A DNA stretch of 64,000 nucleotides from Alphaproteobacteria bacterium (GTDB lineage: Bacteria > Pseudomonadota > Alphaproteobacteria > JANSWW01), in contig JANSWW010000010.1 of the NCBI GenBank assembly GCA_024743275.1, positions 145,728 to 209,727 on the forward strand, written 5' to 3'. Of the stretch, positions 44,701-52,209 are shown one piece after another. Each line of letters opens with the position of its first letter. The first letter of the stretch is position 1. Under the pieces are notes generated by a model, which searched no databases, was not told the origin of the DNA, and worked only from the letters and a program-made list of their open reading frames with translations. Both the position numbers and the translations under genes were made by a program.

Positions 44701-47489
44701 GTGTCGTTGCCAGCACCGCCATCGAGGCTGTCGGCGGACAAGTTGCCCGAGGTGATCGAAAGGCTGTTGGCCGTTGTGACGGAGGCACCGGCGACCACGA
44801 GACCACCGGTAGCGTTCGCTGTGTCGCTAATGTTGATGGTCGTGACGCCAAGCGCGGTGAACGTCGAATCGTTGACGGTCACCGTGTTGAGCGTCGAAAC
44901 ACCGCCGAACTGGAGCGTTTCAACTTCGCTGATGTTCGAGAAGGCACCTGCGGTGAAGGTGTAGACGGACGCGCCCGAGAAATCCAACACGTCGGTCCCA
45001 CTGCCGCCGACAACGGTATCGGACGTCAGTTCGTCCGTGGAGAGCACGAACACATCGTTCCCGTCGCCACCGACGAGGCTGTCGGACCCCGTCTGGCCGG
45101 CGATTGTGTCGGCACCGGCACCACCAAGGATGGTGTCGTTGCCGGCCGCACCGGTCAGGTTGTCGTCCCCGTCACCGCCGACGATCGAGTCGGCGCTGGT
45201 GCCGCCCTGAACCTGGTCGTTGCCGCCGCCGGACGAAATGGTGTTGCCGCCGGAACCACCGAGGATCGAGTCCGCGCCGTCGCCGGTCGTGATCGACTGG
45301 GTCGTGCTGGCACCCCGAACGATGAAGGAGTTGGAGCTGCCGGTGGAATCGAGGTTTTCGAACGCCTGCAGGATCGGACCATCGCTACCGGTCAGCTCGC
45401 CACGGGTCGTGTCCCCGTCGAGATCGGACTGGTTGATGTTGCCGTTGTTGACAGCGGCAGCACCGGCGGAAACCGCCGTGACGGTGCCGTTGACGGTGAC
45501 GGTCGTCCCGCCCGAACCGCCGGTGAAGTCGACCACCTGGACGGTGGACGTGGTCGGAAGCAGGATCAGGGTGTCGGTCCCGGTCCCGCCCGAAGCGTTG
45601 GACTCGGCGCCGCGGATCGTGATGGTGTCGTCCCCGGCACCACCGTCGATCTGGTCGGCACCGCCGCCGCCGTCGATCAAGTCGTTGCCGCCGGCACCGC
45701 TCAGCGTTTCCGCGGCCGTGGAGCCGATCAGCGTGTCGTTGCCCGACGTACCGCCGGTTTGGATGATCGCGGTTACCGTGACCGAAGCGGTCGAGGTGGC
45801 GCCGAAGCCGTCCGTCACCGTGTACGTGAACGTGGCATCGCCGGCCTGGGACGGCGTGAAGGTAATGGAGAGACCGTCGGAGGCAATCTCGGCGACACCA
45901 GTGGACGGCTGGCTAACCGAAGAAACCGTCAAGGTCTGGTTGGCACCCCCGGTGATGTCCGCATCCGTGTCGTTGGACAGAACGTTGATGGTGGTCGCCT
46001 GACCGACCAGGATGCTGCCCTGGGAATCGGCGGTGGCGACCGGCGCCGTGTTGGTCACGTCGATGCTGGCGGTCGCTTCGACAGAATCCGTGCCGTCGGA
46101 GACGGTGAAGGTGAAGCTATCATCGGCTGCCTGACCGGCGTTGACCGTGTAAGACGCGGTCCCGTCGCCGTTGTTGACGACCGTCCCGCTCGAGGCCGCG
46201 CCGGTGGTGAACGTCAGCGTGTCGCCGTCCGGATCGGTCGCGAAGGTATTGAGATCGATGGTCAGCGTGTTACCGGCGACCACGGTCGCGGCACTGCCGG
46301 CCACCGTCGCCGGCGCGTCATTGACGGCCGCGAGGGTGATGGTGGCGGTCTGAGCGGCGGAATTCTGATTGCCGTCGTTCGCCGTGAACTGGAACGACGC
46401 CGTGCCGTTGAAATCGGCGGTCGGCGTGAACGTGAAGGTACCGTCGCTGTTGACCACGGCGGCGCCGCCGGTGGCGGAACCGTCGACCAGCGCGAAGGTC
46501 AGGGTATCGCCCTCGGTGTCGGTCGCGGTCAGCGTGCCGGTCGCGGTCACGTCTTCCGTTCCGGAGACGGAGAACGCGGCGGCGGTCGGGGCGGCGTTGA
46601 TGACCACGGAGACGGAACCGGTGTCCGTGCCACCGTTGCCGTCGCTGACGACATAGGTGTAGGAGCCGGAGGTCGAGCCGTCGGCCGGCGCGAAGACGAC
46701 GCTGGAGCCGACCAGACCGACCTCACCGCCCGTGGCGTTGCCGACGGAGGAGATGGTCAGGGTATCGCCATTGGCGTCGGTGTCGTTCGACAGAAGAGCG
46801 CCGGAGGAGGTGACGATCGTGGCCGAACCGGGCACGCCGACAACCGTATCGGCGCCGGCGACCGGAGCAGAATTGAAATCGCCGGCGTCGGCGACCGCGA
46901 CCGGGTTCACGAAGGCCCGACCTTCGGACTGACCGAACGCCTGGAAGTGGGCCAGCGCGGTGGCGGTGGTGATCCCGGCGGTGACCAGGTCGGGGTTGAA
47001 GGTCAGGTAGTCGTCGACGTCGAAGGAGAGCAAACGACCTTCGGAACTGCCGAACGTGTTGTAATGCTCAAGCGCGTTCGCCGTCGTGATCCCCGCGGAA
47101 ACGAGATCCGGGTTGGCGTCGAGGTAGAGCTGTGCGTTGAACTCGACCAGACGATTCTCGGACGCACCGAACGCAACGAAGTGCGCCAGGGCGTCGGCAT
47201 CGGACAGGCTCGCCAAATCGGCGTTGGCGGCCTTGTACTCCGTGGCGTCGAAGTTGAACTTACGCCCTTCGGACCGGCCGAAGGCGTTGAAGTGCGTGAG
47301 CGCGTCGGCGTCGGACAGGCTGGCCAGGTCCGCATTCAGCGACTTGTAGACGGTAGCGTCGAACGCGAGAGCGCGCCCTTCGCTAAAACCAAACTGGGCA
47401 TAGTGAGTCGCAGCAGTCGCCTCCGTTACGCCGGCCGTCACCAAATCAGGATTGGCGGCCAGGTAGGAGGCAGCGTTGAACGTTGTCAT
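41799..47489 (-). CDS. Giant (about 1.9k aa) RTX adhesin or S-layer-like protein. Domain order: N-terminal 5x ANPD module, cadherin-like/VCBS-type Ig repeats, RTX blocks, then three roughly 280-aa tandem units.
   Basis: Composition is rich in T/G/A/S/D/N/V. Repeats of the type NDAP...D.DGD.LT resemble cadherin-like or tandem-95 repeats. There are many GGxGxD nonapeptides and no signal peptide. The ATG at 47489 is preceded by GGAG; the ORF track starts at 47504. Confidence 0.9.
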   Translation of the reverse strand: MTTFNAASYLAANPDLVTAGVTEATAATHYAQFGFSEGRALAFDATVYKSLNADLASLSDADALTHFNAFGRSEGRKFNFDATEYKAANADLASLSDADALAHFVAFGASENRLVEFNAQLYLDANPDLVSAGITTANALEHYNTFGSSEGRLLSFDVDDYLTFNPDLVTAGITTATALAHFQAFGQSEGRAFVNPVAVADAGDFNSAPVAGADTVVGVPGSATIVTSSGALLSNDTDANGDTLTISSVGNATGGEVGLVGSSVVFAPADGSTSGSYTYVVSDGNGGTDTGSVSVVINAAPTAAAFSVSGTEDVTATGTLTATDTEGDTLTFALVDGSATGGAAVVNSDGTFTFTPTADFNGTASFQFTANDGNQNSAAQTATITLAAVNDAPATVAGSAATVVAGNTLTIDLNTFATDPDGDTLTFTTGAASSGTVVNNGDGTASYTVNAGQAADDSFTFTVSDGTDSVEATASIDVTNTAPVATADSQGSILVGQATTINVLSNDTDADITGGANQTLTVSSVSQPSTGVAEIASDGLSITFTPSQAGDATFTYTVTDGFGATSTASVTVTAIIQTGGTSGNDTLIGSTAAETLSGAGGNDLIDGGGGADQIDGGAGDDTITIRGAESNASGGTGTDTLILLPTTSTVQVVDFTGGSGGTTVTVNGTVTAVSAGAAAVNNGNINQSDLDGDTTRGELTGSDGPILQAFENLDSTGSSNSFIVRGASTTQSITTGDGADSILGGSGGNTISSGGGNDQVQGGTSADSIVGGDGDDNLTGAAGNDTILGGAGADTIAGQTGSDSLVGGDGNDVFVLSTDELTSDTVVGGSGTDVLDFSGASVYTFTAGAFSNISEVETLQFGGVSTLNTVTVNDSTFTALGVTTINISDTANATGGLVVAGASVTTANSLSITSGNLSADSLDGGAGNDTFTFANVGGTLTGYTGVFSTDDDVDGNGGTDTLIFNTNSFSTGTLTLGASVVAIENIVITGTGGSMTLVTNNANIATTGGVLNVDASNLATAFTFNGAAETALGVYSVTGGSGNDTFTGGSSADTLIGGAGNDLFNVNSADSLVGGDGDDVFQVVTGVALTTATTIVGGANSSTAGDVLLFSGASASNFAITAGMLGSVSGIETLQFGQGSAASITVTDTMMTTLGLTTLTINDTEDRGDLSTATSGGLTVAASALTTANAVNVTTGNLTADSLDGGAGNDTFTFANVGGTLTGYTAVFSTNDDVDGNGGTDTLIFNTTSFSTGTLTLGASVVAIENIVITGSGGAMTLVTNDANAATGATVSVDASTQSAAFTFNGAAETANGIYSVVGGSGDDTFTGGASADTLIGGAGNDLFNVNSADSLIGGDGDDIFQVVTAAALTTATTIVGGANSATAGDVLRFSGASASNFSISAGMLGTISGIETLQFGQASASQITVTDGMMTTLGVTSLTIADIEDRGDVSGATSGGLVVNGVDLSTANSLNITTGNLTADSLDGGAGNDTFTFANVGGTLTGYTAVFSTTDDVDGNGGTDTLVFNTSSFSTGTLTLGASVVAIENIVITGSGGALTLVTNDANVVSGASLTVDASAQSAAFTFTGSNEATTATTVLVTGGAGADSLVGGAGVETLIGGLGNDTLLGGSNSDSILGGSGTDSLVGEAGADTLTGGDGNDSFSFTGNTTASPSNGTNTDVITDFSASADELIITLPDVAGVNFNLTDVGDATDAANGISLLSGAQGEMLFLTGSNRVAIDVDGNGLVQAQDLQISVSGFTGFNRSDVQYRVGLSGSTAIAVTSGGSLQSVLSAFTALSAQVISGATAGDVLDFSGVAGVVTAFSGAASAEVAQTNVASAFSAGLTQTANATAGGIFIFDSANDLLVLGGGISNTYVVQLSGFDGTVTNNGNGFFTLS
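42650..45090 (-). repeat. Three tandem 840-843 bp coding repeats (about 280 aa each) inside the giant RTX gene.
   Basis: The segments starting at 42841, 43681 and about 44524 (gtgatcac[g/a]atgttctcgatgg...cagcgtaccggtgctgaagctg...) align with high nucleotide identity by eye. The protein unit runs GGAGNDLFNVNSADSL.GGDGDD.FQVV...GNLTADSLDGGAGNDTFTFANVGGTLTGYT...ENIVITG. Confidence 0.85.
46917..47480 (-). repeat. Five tandem ANPD repeats at the extreme N-terminus of the giant RTX protein.
   Basis: Cores YLAANPDLVTAG, YKSLNADLASLS, YKAANADLASLS, YLDANPDLVSAG and YLTFNPDLVTAG. Confidence 0.8.
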
Positions 47490-47787
47490 GTCAATTCGCT
47501 CCAAGTTTCTTTTTCAGTGTTAGCGAGAAGCCTGCCATGCCCTAGGCACACTGCGACTTCAGGGGTCCCCTAAACGTACCTTTGGCCGTAACCTACGTGT
47601 TCTGCGACCGCGAAACAAGGGACTTTTTAAAGGATTGCGAAGGCTTCACCTTCATAAATGTGGCGGAAATGCATCACATTGACTCGGCCACATGTCGTGT
47701 TGGCGGACGATGCCTCGCCAACCGGGGGAGTGTCGGTGTTAACCTTTCCCCAATTCTCCGATGCGCCGGTGCCGAAGACGGAACCCA

Positions 47788-48537
47788 ATGACCATATCCC
47801 AAATCCCGCGACCGAGACACTGGTTCGTTCTGGGCGCCCGCACCTCGCTTGGCCAGGCGTTCCTTGCGGAAATCATGGCGCGGGGCGACATCGCGACCCC
47901 TGTCTACCGCACCCTGCGGCCAAAGGATACCCCCGACGAGCGGTCTCCCGAGACGATTCGTGCGGATATCCTCAAGGCCGGGGACCGCTCGGCGCTCCTG
48001 GGCGCCTTGAAGCAGGGCCCGTCCGGGATCGTCTTCGCCCACGGCCTATATATAAGGACTCCGTCGGACAGCGACGCGGCCACGATGCATGAGACGGTTT
48101 TCGCGGCGCCGATGACGTTGATCCGGGAGATTGCGGAGATCAACCAGGCGGGCGGCCACGACATCAAGACCATCGTCATCGGATCGGCGGCGGCGCATCG
48201 ACCCGCCCCCCGAAATCCGCCCTACGCGGCGGCCAAGGCGGCGCTCGAACACGCGGTCCGGACGCTCCAGCAGGAAGGCACGCCCGGTATCACCATCGGG
48301 ATTCCCGGTTTTCTTCGGGGCGGCGGCGACCGGAGGGGCCTGGCCGCCCTCTTGCCGCCGGAAGAGCCCACGGCGATCGCACGGCGCCTGCTCGCATGGT
48401 CGCGCCAAGGGTCGCCCGGGGGCGCCACCCATCCGCTCTGGGGTGCTCTGATGCGGGCCGCCGCCCTCTCCGGGCATCTGATGGGGTCGCCAACCGCCTA
48501 TCAACACGAAAAGAATCGAAATCGGGCGGCCGATTGA
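47788..48537 (+). CDS. Short-chain dehydrogenase/reductase (SDR)-like protein.
   Basis: Degenerate glycine-rich N-terminus VLGARTSLG and a YxxxK motif in PYAAAKAAL. The ATG at 47788 lies within ORF 47761-48537. Confidence 0.5.
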   Translation: MTISQIPRPRHWFVLGARTSLGQAFLAEIMARGDIATPVYRTLRPKDTPDERSPETIRADILKAGDRSALLGALKQGPSGIVFAHGLYIRTPSDSDAATMHETVFAAPMTLIREIAEINQAGGHDIKTIVIGSAAAHRPAPRNPPYAAAKAALEHAVRTLQQEGTPGITIGIPGFLRGGGDRRGLAALLPPEEPTAIARRLLAWSRQGSPGGATHPLWGALMRAAALSGHLMGSPTAYQHEKNRNRAAD

Positions 48538-48701
48538 TGAAAGTCTTGTGTCGATATAGGGTCCAGGTTGGACGGGATGTTGACGAGCCGTGTAGAAATC
48601 GCACAAAACGCCTTTGCAAGACGGGTCTGTGCGGTCCTTCCTCCGACCGCTGCCCTCCAACCGCTGCCAGGCAGTCGGTTCCTAGATCGAAATGAGTCGC
48701 C

Positions 48702-50621
48702 GTGGCCAAGATTTCCCGCACTAACGAGTTAGCGAAAGCGCTGGCGACAACACGCGGCGCGTTCGGAACAGTCGGATTGTTCAGTCTGTTCTCGAACCTT
48801 CTGATGCTCGCATCTCCGCTCTACATGATGCAGCTTTATGACCGCGTGCTGTCGAGCCGCAGCGAGGCCACGCTGATCGGGCTCACCGTGATCGTGGTGT
48901 TCCTCCTCGTCATCATGACGCTGATCGATACCTTCCGGTCGCGCATCCTGGTGCGGATCAGCGGCAAGCTCGACAAGCAGATCAATCGCCGGGTCTTCGA
49001 GGCCGTCTTCAAGATGGGGCTCCGCGGCGGCGAGGCCGGGTCCCAGCCGCTGCGCGATCTCGACACCGTACGCCAATTCCTCGGGTCAAACGCGCCTTTC
49101 GCCTTTTTCGAGACGCCCTGGATCCCGATCTTCATCGCGATCAACTTCCTGTTCCATCCGCTGCTCGGCCTGGTCTCCCTCGCCGGCGCCTTCATTCTCT
49201 TCTCGCTCGCGATCCTGACGGAAACCTCGACCCGCAAACCGCTGACCGACGCCTCGAAGGCCCATATGGGCTCGATGCAGGTGACGGACGCATCCCTGCG
49301 CAACGCGGAGGTCATCGAGGCCATGGGGATGATGCCCGGCATCATGCGGCGCTACGAACAGACCCATTTCGCGGCTCTGTCCCATCAGGCCAACGCCAGC
49401 GATCGCGCCGGCGCCCTTCAGGCGGCGACCAAGGCGACCCGTCTGATCCTTCAGGCGGCGATCCTCGGCACCGGCTGTTTTCTCGCCATCGAACAGATCG
49501 TCTCGCCAGGGGTGATGATCGCCGCCTCGATCATCATGGCCCGCGCACTGGCACCGGTCGAGCAGGCCCTCGGCAGCTGGAAGGGGTTCGTCGCGGCCCG
49601 GGAATCCTATGGCAGACTGAAAAACCTTCTGGGTAACATCCCGCCCGACCCGGACCGCATGCAGCTGCCGCCTCCGCAAGGCCGGATCAGCGTGGAGAAC
49701 GCGACGATCGTGCCGCCGGGCAGCCAGAGCCCGGCCGTCCGCCAGGTCTCCTTCGAACTGGAACCCGGCGAGATGCTCGGAATCATCGGCCCGTCCGCCT
49801 CTGGGAAATCGACCCTGGCCCGCGCGCTGATCGGTGTCTGGCCCTGTTACGGCGGCCGTGTGCGGATCGACGGCGCCGACATCTTCCAATGGGACCGGGA
49901 GGAACTCGGCCCCCATATCGGCTATCTGCCCCAGGACATCGAACTCTTCACCGGAACGGTGAAAGAAAACATCGCCCGCATGAACGACCCGGACCCGGAG
50001 GCGGTGGTCACCGCCGCGAAGATCGCCGGCGTCCACGACATGATCCTCCATCTTTCCGATGGCTACGACACCCAGATCGGACCGGGCGGCAACGTTCTCT
50101 CGGGCGGCCAGCGCCAACGGATCGGCTTCGCCCGCGCGGTTTACGGCAATCCGAGCATCATCGTACTCGACGAACCGAACTCGAACCTCGACACCGAAGG
50201 CGAACAGGCGCTCGTCAAGGCCCTGGTCGAGCTCAAGAAGCTCAAAAAGACGGCGATCATCATCGCCCACCGGCCGAGCGTGCTGTCCGTGGTCGACAAG
50301 GTCATGATCCTGCGGGGCGGCGTCATCCAGGCCCTCGGCCCGCGTCAGGAAGTCCTGCGCCAGCTCGCCCAGGCGGCCCAGGTCAGCGGACCCGGCGGAC
50401 CCGGCAACGGGCCGCCGCGCGGCGGGACGCTGCCGCCGCGACCGGGGCCTGCCGGACCGACACCGCAGACACCGCCCCGGCCACCCCAAGCGCCGACCGG
50501 CCCGGAGGGCGGTCCCGCCGGCGCCACGGCCATCCCCCCAACCCGGCCTGCACCACCTCAGGCGGCCCCGACCGAAGCCGCACCGCGCCCGGGCGGCAAG
50601 GACGAGAAAGCGGGGGAATGA
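48702..50621 (+). CDS. Type I secretion system ABC transporter (PrtD-like), system 2, with a roughly 80-aa Pro/Gly-rich C-terminal tail.
   Basis: Motifs SPLYMMQLYDRVL, Walker A GPSASGKST, signature LSGGQRQR and Walker B IIVLDEP. The tail reads GPGGPGNGPPRGGTLPPRPGPAGPTPQTPPRPPQAPTGPEGG... The start codon is GTG. Confidence 0.9.
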   Translation: MAKISRTNELAKALATTRGAFGTVGLFSLFSNLLMLASPLYMMQLYDRVLSSRSEATLIGLTVIVVFLLVIMTLIDTFRSRILVRISGKLDKQINRRVFEAVFKMGLRGGEAGSQPLRDLDTVRQFLGSNAPFAFFETPWIPIFIAINFLFHPLLGLVSLAGAFILFSLAILTETSTRKPLTDASKAHMGSMQVTDASLRNAEVIEAMGMMPGIMRRYEQTHFAALSHQANASDRAGALQAATKATRLILQAAILGTGCFLAIEQIVSPGVMIAASIIMARALAPVEQALGSWKGFVAARESYGRLKNLLGNIPPDPDRMQLPPPQGRISVENATIVPPGSQSPAVRQVSFELEPGEMLGIIGPSASGKSTLARALIGVWPCYGGRVRIDGADIFQWDREELGPHIGYLPQDIELFTGTVKENIARMNDPDPEAVVTAAKIAGVHDMILHLSDGYDTQIGPGGNVLSGGQRQRIGFARAVYGNPSIIVLDEPNSNLDTEGEQALVKALVELKKLKKTAIIIAHRPSVLSVVDKVMILRGGVIQALGPRQEVLRQLAQAAQVSGPGGPGNGPPRGGTLPPRPGPAGPTPQTPPRPPQAPTGPEGGPAGATAIPPTRPAPPQAAPTEAAPRPGGKDEKAGE

Positions 50622-50700
50622 TCATGATGGCCAAAGCCCAAACGCCGAGAGACCGGAAACCTAGGGACCGGAAACCTAAAGAAACGAAACGGGGCCGCTC

Positions 50701-52074
50701 ATGAACCAAGTCGTCGCTTCGGGCGCCGGCGGCGCCCTCGCACCGTCGAAGCCGGGTCCCGCGCCCACGCAGCCCCCGCTGGCTCCGGTTCCGATTAATC
50801 CGCGGGGTCCGGTGATCGGCGGCTTCGTCGTCCTGCTCCTTGCCCTGGGTGGGTTCGGCATCTGGGCGGCGTTGACCGATCTTTCCTCAGCCGCGATCGC
50901 CATCGGCAATGTCGCCGTCGAAGGGAATCGAAAGACCGTTCAACATCTCGAAGGCGGGATTATCGACGAAATCCTGGCCCAGGAGGGCGCCCGGGTCGAG
51001 GCCGGCGATATCCTGATCCGGTTGGACGCCACCCGGGCTCGCGCCGATCTCGGCGTGGTCGAGAGCCGATACATCGCCGCCCTCGTCCGCCTCGCCCGGC
51101 TCGAGGCGGAAAGCGTCGCCGCCGAGCAGGTGGACCTCCCCGCCCAGATTCTCGACCTCACGGACCGGCCCCAGGTCATCGATCTGATCGACCGGGAGTT
51201 GGACCTCTTCGAGGCCCGCCGGTCGGCGCTCGCGGGGCAGATCGAGATCCTGGAGCAGCGCTTGGGGCAGTTGTCCGAACAGCGGCAGGGTCTCCTCGCC
51301 GAACGGGCCGCCAGGGTCGAGCAGATCCGGTTGATTCAGGAGGAATTGGTCGGTCTCAGAGAGCTGAACGAAAAGGGCTTCGCCCCCAAGACCCGGGTCC
51401 TCGCCTTGGAACGGGCCGCCGCGGAATTGCAGGGCGAACTGGGCTCCTTCGAATCCCAGATCGCCACCATCGACGAACGCCGGGGCGAAACCCGGCTCCA
51501 GGTCATCCAGCTTCGCAACGACGTTCAGGAACAGGTCGCGACCAATCTGCGAGAGGTTCAGGACCAGGTCTTCGATCTGGAAGAAAGGCTCGTTGCCCTG
51601 CGGGATATCGTGCGCCGTACCGAGGTGGTGGCCCCGCAGACGGGTACGGTCCTTGGTCTCAAGGTCTTCACGCAAGGCGCCGTGATCCGACCGGGCGACC
51701 CGCTGCTTGACATCGTGCCGGACGACCAGCCCCTGGTCATTCAGGCCCAGATCGAGCCCCAGGACGCCGACGTGGTCTTCCCGGGACTGCAGGCCGAAGT
51801 GCGTTTCTCGGCCCTCAATCAGCGCACGACCCCCATCGTCTTCGGCGAGGTCAAACGGATCTCCGCCGACGCCTTCACGGATCAAAACACCGGACGAAGC
51901 TTCTATCGTGCAAAAGTGGAAGTGCGGGAAAGCGAAATGGCGAAACTCGCCGAGTTCACCCTGACACCCGGCATGCCCGCCGAAGTGATCATCAAGACCG
52001 GGAATCGCACGGCATTGGATTATTTTGTGAAGCCGCTAACGGACCGGCTCGTAAGAGCGTTTCGGGAGGAATGA
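50701..52074 (+). CDS. Type I secretion system membrane fusion protein (HlyD family), system 2.
   Basis: A Pro-rich N-terminal leader is followed by a transmembrane segment, a coiled-coil region and the C-terminal motif GMPAEVIIKTGNRTALDYFVKPL. Confidence 0.9.
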   Translation: MNQVVASGAGGALAPSKPGPAPTQPPLAPVPINPRGPVIGGFVVLLLALGGFGIWAALTDLSSAAIAIGNVAVEGNRKTVQHLEGGIIDEILAQEGARVEAGDILIRLDATRARADLGVVESRYIAALVRLARLEAESVAAEQVDLPAQILDLTDRPQVIDLIDRELDLFEARRSALAGQIEILEQRLGQLSEQRQGLLAERAARVEQIRLIQEELVGLRELNEKGFAPKTRVLALERAAAELQGELGSFESQIATIDERRGETRLQVIQLRNDVQEQVATNLREVQDQVFDLEERLVALRDIVRRTEVVAPQTGTVLGLKVFTQGAVIRPGDPLLDIVPDDQPLVIQAQIEPQDADVVFPGLQAEVRFSALNQRTTPIVFGEVKRISADAFTDQNTGRSFYRAKVEVRESEMAKLAEFTLTPGMPAEVIIKTGNRTALDYFVKPLTDRLVRAFREE

Positions 52075-52209
52075 TCTCGCCGCATGGCCGGGTATCGAGC
52101 TTGCGCGATTGCCTTACGCCAAGCCCGGTGCTATATGTAAGATAACAGTGTTAGCACCTGAGGAAACGATATCCGTTTCCGACGGAGCTCTGTCGCAGGT
52201 GGTTACTTC

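Noticed and set aside
42650-45090. Regularly spaced repeats that might superficially suggest a CRISPR or satellite array.
   Set aside because: The period is 840 bp and in frame, the repeats lie entirely inside a long ORF, and there is no short repeat/spacer organisation. It is a protein-coding tandem repeat.
41670-47573. Long plus-strand ORFs 41670-44150 (826 aa), 45759-47573 (604 aa) and several ORFs of 60-260 aa in between.
   Set aside because: They are antisense to the giant RTX gene. Composition is dominated by R/G/V/D, and they mirror the repeat structure of the real gene.
49086-50704. ORF 49086-50489 (minus, 467 aa) and ORF 49889-50704 (plus, 271 aa).
   Set aside because: The first is antisense to the ABC transporter gene and the second is in an alternative frame of it. 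Only the last 28 codons of the plus-strand ORF (50618-50704) are discussed, as a possible micro-ORF.
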